Below the pieces are notes generated by a model. That model did not search any database and was not told the DNA's origin. It worked only from the letters and a program-made list of their open reading frames with translations. Below, piece by piece: positions 24,609 to 38,682 of a DNA stretch of 64,000 nucleotides (position 1 is the stretch's first letter; every line of letters starts with the position of its first letter). Location of the stretch: assembly GCA_951406725.2 (NCBI GenBank), contig OX597814.1:188232001-188296000 (forward strand), written 5' to 3'. The stretch is from Octopus vulgaris (lineage: Eukaryota). A program made the position numbers and the translations under genes.

Positions 24609-25429
24609 ATAATGTGTGTGTTAGTGTATATGAGTAGATAAACTCATACTCAAGCGGTGGGTTTACGTGTCATTTTACTGAAAGAGCAGCCGCATTTCAT
24701 TATTGTTTATATGTATGTGTGTGTGTTCCGATTGTGTGCATGAGATCTGTCCAAGAAAAATCAAATGGAAAATCCTGGAATGTTTTATAGACTCCCACTG
24801 TCGTTCTAATCGCTTGTATTTGTACAATGCGAATCAATTTACTCTGTTCATTCATCGAGAGCTCCAGAATAGTTACGCAAACCTTTTGTTACATAACTCA
24901 GATATGCATGTACGCTCGTCCGAATATTCCTTGCGTGCGTGCATGTGTGTATGTGGTAGTGGAGGTTGGTGGTGGCGGGTATTGCCCTCAGTGAGTGTTC
25001 TGAAACGGTTGATTAGTTATTCGATGTGTTGTCGAGCGAACAAGTGACAGATGTTTGTGCCTCACATGCTAAATCATTGTAGCCCATCATCCGGAAATTA
25101 TTAAAACATCGCCTCCTTGTGCCATTTCCTCCATTCTAAATGGTGAGTGCGCAGAGGTTCCTACCCAGCTGTAGTATGTGTTTTGTCAGTGAAGCATGAC
25201 AGGGACGTGTGCTGGTCCTTCTGCATTATCAAGTTATATTTATGGCTGTTTTATCAGCAAATCTCTGTGTTTCAACGGGTAGATTGTGTGGATTTACATG
25301 TAGCACAGTTTAATAGAACATTGTTACAGCAATCTGTTTTTCTGTGATTACATACATACATAAAACATACATACATACATACATACTCATAATAAAAAAA
25401 GGGTACTGGTTAAATGTCCCCGCGAAAAC

Positions 25430-25755
25430 CTCAATAAAATATTAACATAATAGACCTGACATAGCAATTTTGGGACAAAGAAGAGAAACTGTTTACAGTT
25501 GTTGAAATCAGCTGTCCAGCAGATGTTAACATAAAACTAAAGATCAGCGTAAAAAGAAAATACCTACGCTGAACTATTGAGAAATCTACAGTTACTCTAT
25601 CCAGATGAGAAGTTCAGGTTTATACCTGTAATTATTGGAGTACTGGGATATGCAACACATTACCTAAGTATCAATCTTGAGAAATTACGTTTCTCAAAAC
25701 TACAAGGGAGAAAGCTGTTTCGAAGACTACAGATCCAAACTATCACTGGAACTAA
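25430..25755 (+). mobile_element. RLE-type non-LTR retrotransposon 3' remnant
   Basis: HNRPDIA..VVEISCPADVNIKLK..YAELLRNLQLLYP..FIPVIIGVLG. Confidence 0.75.
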
Positions 25756-25938
25756 GAGCAATTGTTTAGCTCTAGGTCAACCCTGTTTTAGCAGATAATA
25801 CGATCAAAGTATTTACCTTCATGGCACAGAGTTTCCAGGATACCTTATCCAATAGGTTTCTCAGTTGTTTTTTTTTCATGAAATTATGTGGATTTGAAAG
25901 AGAGTTTTTTTTCTATATCGTGCATATCAAACATCCTG

Positions 25939-26227
25939 TGGAGGCACGAAGCTTAGATATTCGGCTCGCGATCGTAAGGTCGTGAGTTCCATTCCCGGCG
26001 ATGCGTTGTGTTTTGAGCAAGACACTTTATTTCACATTGCTCCAATCCTCCCACTGGCAAAAATGAGTTGTACCAGTAATTCAAAAGGCCATCCTCGACA
26101 ATTTCTGTGTCATGCTGAATCGCCCTGGAAACTTCGTCAAGGGTACGCGTGGTGCAAGTAGAGTGCTCAACCGCTTACACATTGATCGGATTGACGAGAG
26201 CACTCGTCGTCGTAACCGACGGAGTGT
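25939..26227 (+). mobile_element. Diverged S2/S3-type SINE
   Basis: GGAGGCACG head and GTCGTCGTAACCGACGGAGTG tail. Confidence 0.7.
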
Positions 26228-26557
26228 CAGTTATATCAAACATACCAAGCAGATGCCTGTGATAAGAAGTGGAAGAGAGAATGAGAGTTTGTGAGTAGCT
26301 TCATTAGCTGTTTATAGTTGTAGTATTGGAAGCAAAACAAGCAGCAAATGCAGTGGTTTTATATGCAGGAGTGTTACGTACAGAGTCATCATGGTTGAAC
26401 TGCTTCTGATAAGAAGACATAGCACACTTTATAGAGGTCCTTTTTGCATGAGAACAAAATTCCCAGTTGCTATCTGGTAGCTGTGAAAATTTCTGAACGA
26501 TAAAGGATACAATGAAACCACACTTTGTGTCCATTAATATATTATATTTGTTAAGTA

Positions 26558-27402
26558 AGGCGGCAAAATGCTTCGCAGTATTTCGTCTGTCTTTATGTTC
26601 TGAGTTCAAATTCAGCCGAGGTCGACTTTGCCTTTCTTCCTTTCGGGGTCGATAAATTAAGTACCAGTTGCGTACAGGGGTCGATCTAATCGACTGGTCC
26701 TCTCCTTCAAAATTTCGAGCCTTGTGCCTAGAGTAGAAAAGAATAATAATAATTGTAAGGCGGTGAGCTGGTGGTAACGTTAGCACGCCGGGCGAAATGC
26801 TTAGCAGTATTTCGTTTGTCATTACGTTCTGAGTTCAAATTTAGCCGTGGTCGATTTTGCCTTTCATCCTTTCGGGGTCGATAAATTAAGTACCAGTTAC
26901 GTACTGGGGTCGATAAATTAAGTACCAGTAACGTACTGGTCCTCTCCCTCAAAATTTCGGGCCTTGTGCCTAGAGTAGAGAAGAATATATTATATTTGTT
27001 AAGTAAGGCAGCGAGTTTGTAGAATCGTCAGCACACCGGGCAAAATGCTTCGCGGTATTTAGTCCGTCTTTACGTTCTGGGTTCAAATTCCGCCGAGGTC
27101 GACTTTGCCTTTCGTCCTTTCGGGGTAGATAAAATTAGTACCAGTTACACAATGGGGTCGATATAATCGACTTAATCTGTTTGTCTGTCCTTGTTTGTTC
27201 TCTCTGTGTTTAACCCCTTGTGGGTAATAAAGAAATAGGTATTTCGTCTGTCTTTACGTTCTGAGTTCATATTCCGCCGGGGTCGACTTTGCTTTTCATC
27301 CTTTCGGGGTTAGATAAAATTAGCATCAGTTAAGTATTAGAGTCGATGTAATCTACTTACCCCTCCCTTGAAATTGCAGGCCTTGTGCCAAAATTTGAAA
27401 TT
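26558..27402 (+). mobile_element. Stack of three S4 SINEs
   Basis: Repeated GGCGGCGAGCTGG..GAGTTCAAAT..TTTCGGGGTCGATAAA modules. Confidence 0.9.
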
Positions 27403-27610
27403 AATATATTATTTGTTAACATAGGGCACGTTTCAATCTGAGGCGGGATACTGTCAATTATATCGAACCTTGTGCTTGTCGTTTTTTCTCCTTAATTTTT
27501 ACCTTCTCTACTGTACTACGCACCGTAGTTTCCCCTATCATATGAGAAGGGGTTAATCTCTCGCTTACCTCTTCTTCATTTCTAGAGAGAGGACACGTAG
27601 CTGAGACAGA

Positions 27611-27652
<42 letters not shown>

Positions 27653-28833
27653 TAGGCAAATGGAATTCTGTATCTGACCATTAATTTCATTAATCACCCC
27701 ACCCCCACCAACTTTGGAAATGGAAAAGTAAAGTAGTTTAACTTGTGCAAGATTTGAACTCAGAACATAAAGGGTTGTAATTACTAATGCAACAAAACAT
27801 TTTCCTCCATGATCTCACAGTTCTACCAATCCCTCATGTGCAATAATATATTGCGGTCGCATCAATCGACTACATGTTTTGTCTTTCAAAAAATTTTCTT
27901 GTCTTTAAGATACACATTATTAATAACGACAAAAGAAGAAAGAAGAGAGACCAAGGAAATAAATACGACAAGCATCATTCCTATGTCACTGACTTCATTT
28001 GTACTTTTAAAGTTAGTTCATATCTGAAATTCGTTTTAATTGATAACTGACTCACTTATTTAATTTTTTCAGAGAAGATTACGAAGCTACAATTATTTTT
28101 GCTACGTCAAAAACGATAAAATAAAAAATGCTTGAGTAATAAAGGCAATATTCAGTATTTTATGTAACATTTCATTGTTTATTGTTCATATTTGTCGCTT
28201 TCTTCCTTCGTTCCTTTCTTCTCTTTCTTCTTGTTTTTTTTTCATTCATCCTTTTTTCTTTTCTTACAAATAATTTCTCAATCCTTCGTCTCGTTTCAAA
28301 TCCCTTTTCAGCATCCTTCTTTTCATTCATTCTCCTTACGTCAACTACTGCCACCACCACAACCAAAACCACCACCACAACCACCACCACAACCACCACC
28401 ATCACCGTTCTATAATGAAAATTATCAGCTTTTCATATTTGACAACAACTGCATCAACAACAGAAGTAAATAACAAGAAAGTTTAACACACACACACACA
28501 CAGACACACACATACACACACACACACATACACACACACACATACACACACACACACACAAATATAAAGGGTAAACAATTACAACAGCAACAACAACAAA
28601 CAATAATTGAAATCTTGCAAAAAATTTTAAAATAAACCCAACAAAATAATCAACGTCAACCAATGGTAACAATTTTCCGCCACCAACCCATCCATCCACC
28701 CGCCCAACCACCCACCCACTGGCACCGGCTGACTGTGTTGGGTACCTCTAGAATGGTAAACAACAACAAAAGACAAATCAATGCTTTCAAAACGATCAAA
28801 CCAATTTTCTCCTCACCTTTGCTTCTTTGCTTC

Positions 28834-28834
28834 A

Positions 28835-28893
<59 letters not shown>

Positions 28894-29168
28894 TTACTAC
28901 TTGTACCACCACCACCACCATCGCCACTACTACTACTACTACTACTACTACTGCTTCTACTACCACCACCACCACCACTACTACTGCTTCTACTACCACC
29001 ACCACCACCACTACTACTGCTTCTACTACCACCACCACAACCACTACTACTGATTCTACTACCACCACCACCATCACCACCACCACGACCACTACTACTA
29101 CTACTACTACTACTGGTACCACCACCACCACCACTACTACTACTACTGGTACTACCACCACGACCACG

Positions 29169-29201
<33 letters not shown>

Positions 29202-29278
29202 GGTACCACCAACACCAACACCACCACCACCACCGCCACTACTACTACTACTACTACTATTACTATTACTACTACCAG
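28834..29278. repeat. (CTA)n/(CCA)n compound microsatellite
   Basis: Direct reading. Confidence 0.95.
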
Positions 29279-29406
29279 TTAGTTACATAATAAGAACAAT
29301 GTGGAAGGTGCGTTAGCCCCCCCTCTTTCCTTCCTTCCTTCCTCCACCACTTTTCTCATCACTGTTTATTTGTAAGGCGATATGTTTACATGCCCGTTGG
29401 ATTTTA

Positions 29407-29468
<62 letters not shown>

Positions 29469-30691
29469 TCATAGGGACCCACACGTCTATTGAATGATAT
29501 AAGTCACCTCACATAACCGCTCTCCCGTTTATTGCAAAAAAAATAAAATAATAAACAAATAAAATAAAATAAAATAAAATACAATAAAATATAATATAAA
29601 ATAAATTTAAAAAATATATATATAAAAAAACAACCTTTGTTCAATTTTCTCCTCAAATGTAAACACCATCTCATTACCATAACATTTGCTGCACCTGCTT
29701 TTCTCTGTCTTCGCATCTCACTTCCGCTTTACGACTCAACATCAACCACCTCTACCCTTACCTTCGTCTTTCTTCACTCCGTTTCTGTGACTCCGTTTCG
29801 CCTTCTCCTCCACCCACCACTAGCTCCTAGCTCCCTTTTTTTCCCTTACTTTTTCCTCTTTTTTTTCACCCTTTCTAGCTCTCCCCTTCTTTCTCTCTCT
29901 TTCATTCAGTCCATGCAGTTTTCTCCCTGGTTTGTTATACATACATACATACATACATATACATACATACATATATATACATACATACATATATATACGT
30001 TCATACATACACACACACATATACATATATATGCACACACACACACACATATATATATATATTCATACACACACATATACATACACACACACACACACAT
30101 ACATATATATATATACACGCACATACAATTCATACATACACATATACAACACATATACACACACATATATATATATATATATACATACACATACACATAA
30201 TACACATATATGTATATACATATATATATACACACATATATACACACTCATATATACACGCGCGTACACACACACACACGTATTTTCAATTTTCTTTGCC
30301 TTTTGTCTTGGTGATAAACGTCTTTTGTTGGCATTTCTTTGGTTAGGTGGCGCCTCTCTACTCTCATTGCGAATGGTAGCTCTCTCTCTCTCTCTCTCTC
30401 GCCAATTTCCCTGTTTCTTCCTGTCTCTCTGTCAATTTATCTTGCACTCTCTCCGTCTCTCTATGTGTCTCTCTGTCTCTCTCTATCTCCCAGTCTTCCT
30501 ATATGTCATTCACACATTCATCTACTCCCTTATAAATCCTCCCCCCCCTCACACCTCTATCTCTCTGTCTCTGAATTTGTCCCCGTCTCTGTTTCTTTCA
30601 CTCACCCTGCTCTCTCTCTCTCTCTCTCTTGTACGCTAAGCAAGTCAATTGTTATTTCAGTCACTTTATAACTACGTCGACAACGACGACG

Positions 30692-30725
<34 letters not shown>

Positions 30726-30767
30726 ATTAACGACACCAGTAGTAATAAACAGAATAAACAAACAAAT

Positions 30768-30813
30768 ATGCCAAAAAACCATCTCAACAACAGCATACCT
30801 TTACTGCCGTCAG
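30768..30813 (+). CDS. Candidate first coding exon of an unidentified host gene (MPKNHLNNSIPLLPS)
   Basis: AAATATG start context, CAG|GTATGT donor, phase 1 compatible with the exon at 31713. Confidence 0.35.
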
Positions 30814-31280
30814 GTATGTCGTGTCTTACATAATCACCTTACCTATTTGACGACAAACTCAACTTTGCACAGACTACGCAAACATATACACGTGGGTGCG
30901 CACACAAGCAAACATGCACAGGTGTGTGCGCGCGCACACAGCTACACATACACGTCTATTTCAGAAAGCTAAGTGCAGCCTATTTTTTTCTCTTTAATTT
31001 CTTATTTTATTCTATTTTATTCTATTTTCATGACAATTATCGGCTTTGCACGGAGTTGTAGAAGTGTTGTCGTTGGGTAGAAAAGGCATGGTTTGATGGC
31101 TGTTATTGTTAGAGAAGTCGGCGAGTTGATATAACAGTTGTTGATGTTATTGTTGGTGGTGTTGGTGGTGGTGGTGGTGGTGATGTTGTGTCTGCTGCTG
31201 CTGATGCTGTTGTGGTTGTTGTTGTTGTTTAGTTCGGGTCACTTAGCGATAACTGTACAGAGGGGGTGAGTTCATATATG

Positions 31281-31513
31281 TATTTCTTTACTACCCACAA
31301 GGGGCTAAACATAGAGGGGACAAACAAGGACAGACAAAAGAATTAAGTCGATTACATCGACCCCAGTGCGTAACTGGTACTTAATTTATCGACCCCGAAA
31401 GGATGAAAAGCAAAGTCGACCTCGGCGGAATTTGAACTCGGAACGTAACGACAGACGAAATACGGTTACGCATTTCGCCCGGCGTGCTAACGTTTCTACC
31501 AGCTCGCCGCCCT
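31281..31513 (-). mobile_element. SINE S4 with 12-bp TSD
   Basis: AGTTCATATATG at 31269-31280 and 31514-31525. Confidence 0.95.
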
Positions 31514-31562
31514 AGTTCATATATGCTGGAGATAAAAGAGGGCAGCCAGAACAGAAGCGTGC

Positions 31563-31638
<76 letters not shown>

Positions 31639-31712
31639 ACATATAACCCTCCCTCCCCACCACCACATTCACTACCTCACCACCACCACTTCACCACCAC
31701 CACCACCTTCAG

Positions 31713-31839
31713 CACAACATATAGATGCTCAACCGGTGTCTGAGCTTGTGGGTCTACGGGGATGGTACGGTACAGTCATCAGAGAACGCATTGTTAAGCT
31801 TCTGGACATCGTCATCAGATTTCGATGGATATTCAAAAA
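31713..31839 (+). CDS. Candidate internal coding exon (AQHIDAQPVSELVGLRGWYGTVIRERIVKLLDIVIRFRWIFK)
   Basis: CCTTCAG| acceptor, AA|GTAAGA donor, open frame, non-repetitive and more GC-balanced than flanks. Confidence 0.45.
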
Positions 31840-31871
31840 GTAAGAAGTCTGGGTCAAAAGTGTAATTATAA

Positions 31872-32070
31872 TTTCTACTATAGGCACAAGGAATTTTTGG
31901 AGACGGGAGTTAGCCGATTACATCGGCCTCAGTGCTTGACTGGTACTTAGTTTATCAACCCCGGAAGGATGAAAGGCAAAGTCGATCTCGGTGGAATTTG
32001 AACTCAGAACGTAAAGTCGGACGAAATACCGCTAAGCATTTTGTCCGACGCACAAACGATTCTGCCAGCT
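31872..32070 (-). mobile_element. SINE S4
   Basis: Reverse complement of S4. Confidence 0.85.
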
Positions 32071-32339
32071 CGTGGCAGATATGTAGTACCCTGCCTAAAT
32101 ACTAATCTTGAGAAACTAGGCTTCTCAGAACCAGTTACAAATGTAATAGGTAGAACTGCATGCATTTTCGACCTCATGTTGATGTCTGGCGTGTAGTTCT
32201 GCAAATTATATTTGTATAGACGATCATACTGAAGATCTACAGATAAATTATGTAAATAAAATTACGTAATTTGTTGATAGTGAAACATTTGTTTATGATT
32301 AACCTATATTTTTGTTACTTTTCATTTGTCTTGCTCGCT

Positions 32340-32568
32340 TACGTTTCTGGTGTTTGCTAAATTTTTTAGAGAACAATTCTTAGTGGTTAAGACCATAGCG
32401 GATCTTCTTCTAGCATAAAGGTTTCCTCATAGTGGCAAAATTCCCTCTTATATGTATGTAATACTATTTACTGAACCTCAGTTTTTTTATATGCTAGACC
32501 ACTGGTGTTAAAATTGATGTTATCAAATTAATATCCGATTTTTTCACCCTCATTTTAATTTTAATTAT
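32340..32568 (+). mobile_element. (TA)n-terminated element, family D
   Basis: Homologous to 7043-7112 and 53810-54018. Confidence 0.65.
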
Positions 32569-33799
32569 ATATATATATACATACACACATATATACGAGA
32601 GTATCAAACATGGTGTTGTCGCAGACTAAGGCCCCTCTGTAGAATAGTGTTCGAGAATATTCTGTTCTTTTTCATGTCTGATACCAAAACACTATTCAGG
32701 ATGTAAATTAGGTATCCTTTGTTATTGGAGAGTTAAAAAATAGGGATCAGAATAATTCTGAATTGTCAAAACGGTGACGTTTGTGAGGGTGTTCGTTATT
32801 CCATATTCAACAGCTAACCCTTTATCTGTCCAATGCATTTTAATAAGTTTTTTTCTAAACGTCTATTCTTGTTTTCAGACTTTTAGTTAACCTCATTGTT
32901 TCGTACGTTCTGAGAAATATAAAGAATTTCTTTCGTAACTCCTGAGTTATTCTGTTAGTTGCAAGAAGTTGGGATTATGTATTATATATGATGCATATGA
33001 CACCAGGGAAATATACACCGTATATCATATGTGACACGTCATATGTGACGGAACATATGACGCAAAATAAGTATGTCTTCTATATATGTCACAGAACCTC
33101 CATAAACTAGACACCAATATCTAAGCGTCATCTAAGCCTTATGAGATAATCTATAAAGAAAATCAGCCAATATCAATGTAAGTAATCTCCACAAACCAAT
33201 AATCCGCAAAGACTTCCACTTTACTAGAAAGACAACTCAGATTAAAGAGATTAAGACATAAAAAGTTCACAAAGAAGCATAACATATATGTATTCGCATT
33301 CAAAAGATTGGAGAATTTTACGTTTTAATAAGCTTACGCACGTCTCGGATACATTGGTATTATGTAATTCCGCGATTCATTAATCATGCTTATTAATCGA
33401 TCTATATTTGATCGACTCATTCTGCAGAGATCGAGAAAGTGACATCAGCATATCCTTCTCAAACCTTCACAACACTGCTTGGAATAGAGTACAGAAAACA
33501 TTTCAAGGGAATTAGATAAGCTGATTAAAAATGCACGATTCTCTATCCTGTTGTCTCTTTTTTTTTTCTGTACTCTCTGAGCTTATACTGAATTTATTTG
33601 CTTTATGAACTTTTTATTTTCAAATTGGACTGTCAGTGGAAAGCATATTTACGGACTACGCGGATTACAAGGACTTTCACTGCTCAATATTTGGTTAGCC
33701 AATTTTTATTCCTACGGAGTGCTTAAAAATATTCGCCTGGATTTTTAACCGCTTTTTTGTTTTGTGTTACACACACGCATGCACGCACGCACGTACGCA

Positions 33800-33895
<96 letters not shown>

Positions 33896-33909
33896 TAATA
33901 TATCATCGT

Positions 33910-34284
33910 GGCACTCCGTCGGTTACGATGACGTGGGTTCCAGTTGATCTAATCAACGGAACAGCATGCAGGTGAAATTAACGTTTAAGTGGCTCAGCAC
34001 TCCACAGACACATGTACCCTTAACGTAGTTCTCGGGGAGATTCAGCGTGACATAGTGTATGATCAGGCTGGCCCTTTGAAATACATATACAACAGGAACA
34101 GGAAGAAAGAGTGAGAGAAAGTTGTGGTGAAAGAGTATAGTAAGGTTCACCCCCACTACTGGAGCCTCGTGGAGCTTTAGGTGTTTTCGCTCAATAAACA
34201 CTTTCAATGCCCACTCTGGTAATCGAAACCGTAATCCCACGACCGCGAGTCCGCTGTCCTAACCACTGGGGCACTGCGCCTCCA
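33910..34284 (-). mobile_element. SINE S2
   Basis: Homologous to 8059-8441. Confidence 0.9.
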
Positions 34285-34764
34285 CAATTACATATAAACA
34301 TCAAAAAACAAATCGTACTTGTAATTGTACTTGTATTTCTTTAACTGAAGATCATTCCTGAGCAAGAAGACCCATAGTCAAATGCATTCCTTCCATGACT
34401 ATCACGTAATTTTTTATTATTATTTAGACTGGTTGATATAACTTTTGGGAATGAAATGTAATGAGTTTGCTAAACTAAGAATAAAAGGAAAAAGAGATAG
34501 AACAATGGTGAGGATAGGGAAAGAAGTGAGACGAGAAAAAGAAGGAAAAAGGTTTGATGAGGTGGGAGGGCGTGAAGAGTATAGTAATTTCAGAGTAGCA
34601 GTGTGAGGGATAAAAATGAATGAATGAACGAATAAATAAATAAATAAATGAAAAGTAACGTGACAATTGATCTGGAAAGATGGGTGCAATTTTAGTAGCC
34701 GTAGAACAAAGGAATAAGGAGGAGGAGGAGTCAAACTAAAGAATGTAAATAATAGAATAGAGTT

Positions 34765-35151
34765 AGAAGAGAGCAAGGGAGAGAGAGAGAGAGAGAGGGA
34801 GAGAGAGAGGGAGAAAGAAAGTGAGGGGAGAGAGGTGAGTAAGAGGGATGGAGGGGGAAAATGAGAGACAAAGAAATGGAGTAGAGTGGGGGAATGGAGA
34901 GAGAGAAGAGAGAGGGAGAGAGAGAGAAAGATAGAAAAATAGAAAGAGAAAGAGGAAGAAAGTGTGAGGGAGAGAGGTGAGTTGGAGGGGAAGAAAGGAG
35001 AGACAAAGAAAGGGAGTAGAGTGAGGGAATGGAAAGAAATAGAAGAGAGAGAGAGAGAGAAAGAGGGAGGAAGAAAGTGATGGGAGAGAGGTGAGTAAGA
35101 GGGATGGAGGGGAAAATGAGAGACAAAGATATGGAGTAGAATGGGGGAAAG

Positions 35152-35192
<41 letters not shown>

Positions 35193-35600
35193 GAGGGAAA
35201 GATAGAAAGAGAAAGAGGAAGAAAGTGTGAGGGAGAGAGGTGAGTAAGAGAGATGGAGGGGAAGAAAGGAGAGACAAAGAAAGGGAGTAGTGTGGGGAAA
35301 TGGAGAGAGAAGAGAGAGAGAGAGAGAGAAAGAGGAAGAAAGTGTGAGGGAGAGAGGTAAGATGGATGGAAGGAATGAAAGGAGAAACAAAGAAAGGGAG
35401 TAGTGTGAGGAATGGAAAGAGATTGGAGAGAGAGAGAGAGGAGTGGTAGGGGAAGGAGACAGGGAACAGAAACAGAAAGAAAAGAGAGAGATAGGAAGAT
35501 GAGAGAGAGAGAGAGAGAGAGAGAGGGGAGGGACAAATACAGATAAAAAGAAGAGAAAGAAGAGTTATATAGAGGAGAGGGAGAGCAGCAAGTGGAGAGT
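34765..35600. repeat. Polypurine (GA)-derived minisatellite with ~120-140 bp unit
   Basis: About 5 recurrences of AAAGTG..GGGAGAGAGGTGAGT..AGACAAAGA..GGAGTAG. Confidence 0.9.
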
Positions 35601-36309
35601 GTTAGGAAAGGAAAAACAAAAGAATACAAGGAAAAATAAATGAAAATACATATGAATATATAAAAATACATATATATATATATATACCAGAAAGATCGGA
35701 GAAAGGGAAAATAGATCGATAGGTAAACAGATAGATATAGACCGGTAGATAGATAGCTAGATAGACATATAGATAGACCGATAGATAGACAGGATAGATA
35801 CACAAATAGATAATTAAATGGGAAAATAAATCGAATGTTAGATTGAGAAATTGATGGCTGGATAAAGATGGACGGACAGATAAATAAATAAAGAGAGAAA
35901 TGGTGGAAAGTGTAAGAAACAAAGGTTAGAAATATACGAAAAAAAGAAAAGAAAAGAGAATGAAGACAGAGAGGAATTACGGGAGAAAGGGAGATAAGGA
36001 ATGGAAGTGTGAGGGAGAGGGAGAGACGTAAGGAGCTAATGTGTAACTAGTAAAACTGTGTCAGCTAACATTAAGGGAGACATAATGACATTTTTTTTTG
36101 CATGTTTAACATAGACACAGGATTACAAATATTAGGCCATATTCAGTAAGATCGACTAGGATACTTGACTAATACTTTCTAGATCAAGAAGGAGGAAAGG
36201 CAAATCTGATTACGGTGGGATTTGAACTCAGAATGGAAAACAGACGTAGCTAAATACACAAACCTTGGTGGTCCCAGTTATGTAATATAAATATATTGAA
36301 TAAAAAATA

Positions 36310-36562
36310 AATAAATGCGCCCTTTTAAAGCCTAGCCAGGCTCATGAGCCCGGTTTCCCGGTTTCAATGGCGTATGTGTTCCCCAGCTGGACGAGACACC
36401 AGTCTATCGCAGCGTTACTCATTTTTGCCAGCTGAATGGACTGGAGCAACGTGAAATGAAGTGTTTTGCTCAAGAATACAACGCGTCGCCCGGTCCACGA
36501 ATCGAAGCCACAATTTTACGATCATGAAGCTGACACCCTAACCACTAAGCCACGCGCCTCCA
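36310..36562 (-). mobile_element. SINE S3 with TSD
   Basis: AAATA(T/A)ATTGAATA on both sides. Confidence 0.92.
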
Positions 36563-38546
36563 CCAAATAAATTGAATAACTGAGAATATTTATGGAATTA
36601 GTGCATAGAACGCCTATGTTTGCTTAAAATGTAAGTCAAAGAATTAAGGGGCTGTCTTTATTTTCTTAAATTGTTGCATAGCCCAGCCTATTGGCGCCAC
36701 CTTTCTTTTATTGCTGTTTTTAGCTTTTAAACACCTCCAGCAGGAATTTTTGTTTTCTAATCATATGAATAATATCAGTTAATCGATATTTTCAAACTCA
36801 CCATATTAAATATGAGACCTTATCCATTTGCGCATTTAGTGTTCAAAACGCTCCCTCGAGGAAGTCATGTTGTAAATACAATTAGATCCGTGCTCTATCG
36901 ATTCAATCATCTAGAGTTTTCTGAATCATCTTTTTATATTGACACAAGATCGCTGTTTTTGGAAGAGAGCGTAGTTGATGAGGTCAGCTTTCCTTATCGT
37001 ACATATTTTATCAAAGCTCGAAGGTTGAAATCAAAGTTTTAGGATTTAAACCAGTAATGAGCAAACTGCGACTCATAGGAGTTTCTGAAAAGCATGCTCA
37101 AGGAAAAATTACCTGTGTTTCATTTAGCTTGCTTCTCGAAAATGGTTGCCCATGCCTGATTAAAAATTTTTTACAATAGGACAAAATTTATCATGTTTAC
37201 TCTCAACCGAAGCAAGGCCCTATAACCTCACTACCTCCTCCTGGTCCAATAAAAAAACACAAAAACCCCCCCAAATAAATGTGTATAAAAAGATATTCCT
37301 AGATCTCTCAATTTATTGTGTGCGAAGCCCATCCAACACAAGGGCCATGTATTAGAAGCCCCATAAACTGAATATGTAAAGAAGTGTGCATGAAAACAGC
37401 AGAAGGAAAGAAAAGGAGAGAGAGAAAGCGAGAGAGAGAATGAAAGAGAGAGACAGAGAGAGAGAGAAAGATAGAGAGAAACTATATATGAATAATTTTT
37501 GATTCATGTGCCAGTAAGGAGACAGTCACCAAGGGCCAATTAATCCGACTATATATAGTAAGTGTTCCTTCTCTCTTTCACATCACGGCTCGCGATCGTA
37601 CATTGAGAGTAGAACTATTCAACCAAGCTATGCATGTTACTCGTTTTCAGTAAATTTACTCTCTATCCTTATTTGCCCCTCAATCTGGTACTTGAAAAAT
37701 TCATTAGGGTTTAGCCTGTCAAATGAAAACGTTTCGGTACGACTACTAGATAAAGGAAAACTATCTACCCTTCGTTGTCGAATAAAAGCGGCTGTGATCC
37801 AAAATAAACTCCACAAGTCAGCCATGTTCGGTCAATGATCGAATACGCGCAGAACAATTTCATTGCTTTTCGTGTATTTTGTATTCAAATTCGTACAAAT
37901 ATGTTTAACAAGATTAAATCAATACAACACTTGTAAAGGGAATTACAAATATTCCGTATCAGACGACAATCTCTTTAATCATTCTCTATGTGTGGAATAG
38001 TTGCATTCAAATCATATGTAGGTTTTCCCAGTGCAAATTGCGGAAAGAACAGGAAAGGTGAGTTCGGTCAAAAAGAAATGAGGTTATAAATTGTATTTGT
38101 CACACAGTAAAAAATCCCTACTAACAAGGGATTTTTGAATTTTTAATACAACTATAGCTTCATTATATAAACATGACCATATAGTAAGGGTATAAAAAAA
38201 TATTCTCTTAACTGTATTCAGCGAATTTTCTTTGTTCGTATCTCATGCTATATTTTATATCGGTAACAAAGTTAATATCAATGGCAATAATGATTTCATA
38301 AGAAAAGCAGAAGGCCAAGCTTCTATTGTAGAAGGATAGAGTAAATTTAATCGTACCTAATAAATACTTTATTGATCCAAGAAAAAAAAAAGACAAAGTT
38401 GATCTAAGTAAAGTTTGATCTCAGAGAGTTGAGCCCAACTAGATATTAATTAGCGTTTTGTCCATGTCCCTTACAAGTCAATCACATTGTCATCGTTGTC
38501 ATTGCTATAATTGTCCAAAGAGCAAACATATGTATGTATGCAAGTG

Positions 38547-38682
<136 letters not shown>

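Noticed and set aside
28663-29316. Poly-Leu/Pro and mucin-like poly-Thr ORFs
   Set aside because: (CTA)/(CCA) microsatellite with no splice or homology support
32590-32960. Possible Penelope ORF N-terminal remnant on the minus strand (LQRGLS)
   Set aside because: A single short motif; too weak to call
34420-35922. 285-346 aa Leu/Ser/Phe-rich ORFs resembling membrane proteins
   Set aside because: Reverse strand of the polypurine repeat
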